Shown: positions 36,591 through 37,697 of the stretch, piece after piece
Numbering within the stretch: the stretch's first letter is position 1
How the letters are laid out: each line of letters begins with the position of its first letter
DNA from: a phage
Direction: 5' to 3' (one strand)
Assembly (NCBI GenBank): GCA_020318295.1
Contig: GCA_020318295.1_4859.1
Length of the DNA stretch: 37,697 nt
Translations under genes and position numbers: made by a program
Notes under the pieces: model-generated
Database searches by the model: none
The model's input: only the letters and a program-made list of their open reading frames with translations
What the model was told of the DNA's origin: nothing

Positions 36591-37697
36591 TTACACCTCT
36601 TCTTCTCGCAGTATGCGACGGTTTGCGTAATACGCACACCACAACCCATGATACTCTTTACCGATATAGATTAAGAAGTAACGGATGTAGTATTTTTCAG
36701 GACGACACACCGCGATGTAATAACGGCCTTCCGGTTCTTTAATACGGTTGATTTCCGTACGCGATGGAATATCGATGCCGCGAGTCAAAATAACCGAGAC
36801 AGGTCGTTTACCCATCGGAAAGTCAATCTTTAACGTTATTGACTTATCGACGCTACGGTAGTATTCCTTGACAGGTTTACCTTTGTCGTCGAATAGCAAG
36901 TCGGTAATATCGTTTAAGACATAACCCTTTTCCTGATGCAGAACATCACGCAACGTTGTAGCGAGTTCGTCACGAATATCCAGCGCACGGTACGACAATA
37001 AGGGCGGGCGAAGCATTCTGGAGATGGCCAGGTCTTCAAAGAACCAGACGTTGGAATCTTCTCCACTGAAATGCATCTTGTCTGCTGGTAATCCATCACC
37101 TGCCACGTCAACGAACTTCTTACGTTTAACGAACTCATTGTTAACAACGCCGATTGGATCATACTGCCGCATCTTCGGTGTATCTTTCCATGCCAGGGCG
37201 GCGTGATTGTTTACAATCGTGTAGATGTTATCCCACGGTTGTTTAGTGAACATTACGGAAAAGTGTGCATCAGGAATCATTTTCCCAATAAACACCAAGT
37301 CGTCCTTGTTCTTTGCATGGTTGCCACCAAACATGTAATAGAAAGTTTCATCTTTCACTTTTACAGTAGGATGGTCCTCGTTCACCAACGGATAGCAATA
37401 TTTAACCGTACAAATCGGCGGATATGCCGCAAGGTTCATCCCAGCGGCGATGGGCTCTGGTTCCGCGGATGCAGGCAAATCATCCTTCGACCAGTACGGC
37501 TGATATGGAACACCGTCGTTGGTCGCGGTGATAGCTGAACCTTTTCTAGCCAATTCGTCCGCCCGGTCATTGCCGTAGTGTCCGGAGTGTCCTTTGATTT
37601 TGATAACCTTAACACCCCGTCCTTCTTTTTTCATCTGCTGTTTGATTTCCCAGATACGAACAATAAGTTCTTTGTTCGCCAGCGGAGTACCGTCAGC
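36591..37697 (-). CDS. protein with an RNase H-like motif followed by an unassigned C-terminal extension of about 310 aa (partial; start beyond window end)
   Basis: The minus frame stays open to the window edge. The translated edge reads ...NKELIVRIWEIKQQMKKEGRGVKVIKIKGHSGHYGNDRADELARKG, resembling the RNase HI C-terminal block (E. coli ...[25 protein letters not shown]); the following ~310 aa have no motif I recognise. Confidence 0.55.
   Translation of the reverse strand, partial: ADGTPLANKELIVRIWEIKQQMKKEGRGVKVIKIKGHSGHYGNDRADELARKGSAITATNDGVPYQPYWSKDDLPASAEPEPIAAGMNLAAYPPICTVKYCYPLVNEDHPTVKVKDETFYYMFGGNHAKNKDDLVFIGKMIPDAHFSVMFTKQPWDNIYTIVNNHAALAWKDTPKMRQYDPIGVVNNEFVKRKKFVDVAGDGLPADKMHFSGEDSNVWFFEDLAISRMLRPPLLSYRALDIRDELATTLRDVLHQEKGYVLNDITDLLFDDKGKPVKEYYRSVDKSITLKIDFPMGKRPVSVILTRGIDIPSRTEINRIKEPEGRYYIAVCRPEKYYIRYFLIYIGKEYHGLWCAYYANRRILREEEV

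Noticed and set aside
1-37697. CRISPR arrays, tRNA or rRNA genes, insertion elements, integrase or attachment sites
   Set aside because: No direct-repeat arrays, no intergenic region long enough for a tRNA outside the annotated hairpins, and no transposase- or integrase-like ORF; the window looks like contiguous lytic-phage DNA.

Overview
This 37.7 kb window is gene-dense phage DNA with no rRNA, tRNA, CRISPR array or insertion element that I can support. It is best explained as a fragment of a phiKZ-like jumbo phage of an enterobacterial host; that placement is an inference from gene content, not a search result. The left third holds a multisubunit RNA polymerase beta' subunit split into two adjacent minus-strand genes (537 aa and 1401 aa), transcribed divergently from a 2373-aa protein with a C-terminal lytic transglycosylase domain, followed by two further plus-strand genes. 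From about 17.5 kb onward there is a long minus-strand block of mostly unassignable small genes. The recognisable ones are a thymidylate synthase carrying two insertions relative to E. coli ThyA, a RecA/UvsX-like P-loop protein, and an RNase H C-terminal motif at the start of a gene that runs off the right edge. Punctuation is clear: four hairpin plus T-tract intrinsic terminators (two bidirectional between convergent genes), a GCAA-tetraloop hairpin directly after the giant gene, and a 12-nt motif found exactly 33 nt upstream of two start codons, which I propose as a phage promoter element. All homology statements come from motif recognition by eye against sequences recalled from memory; no alignment was computed.
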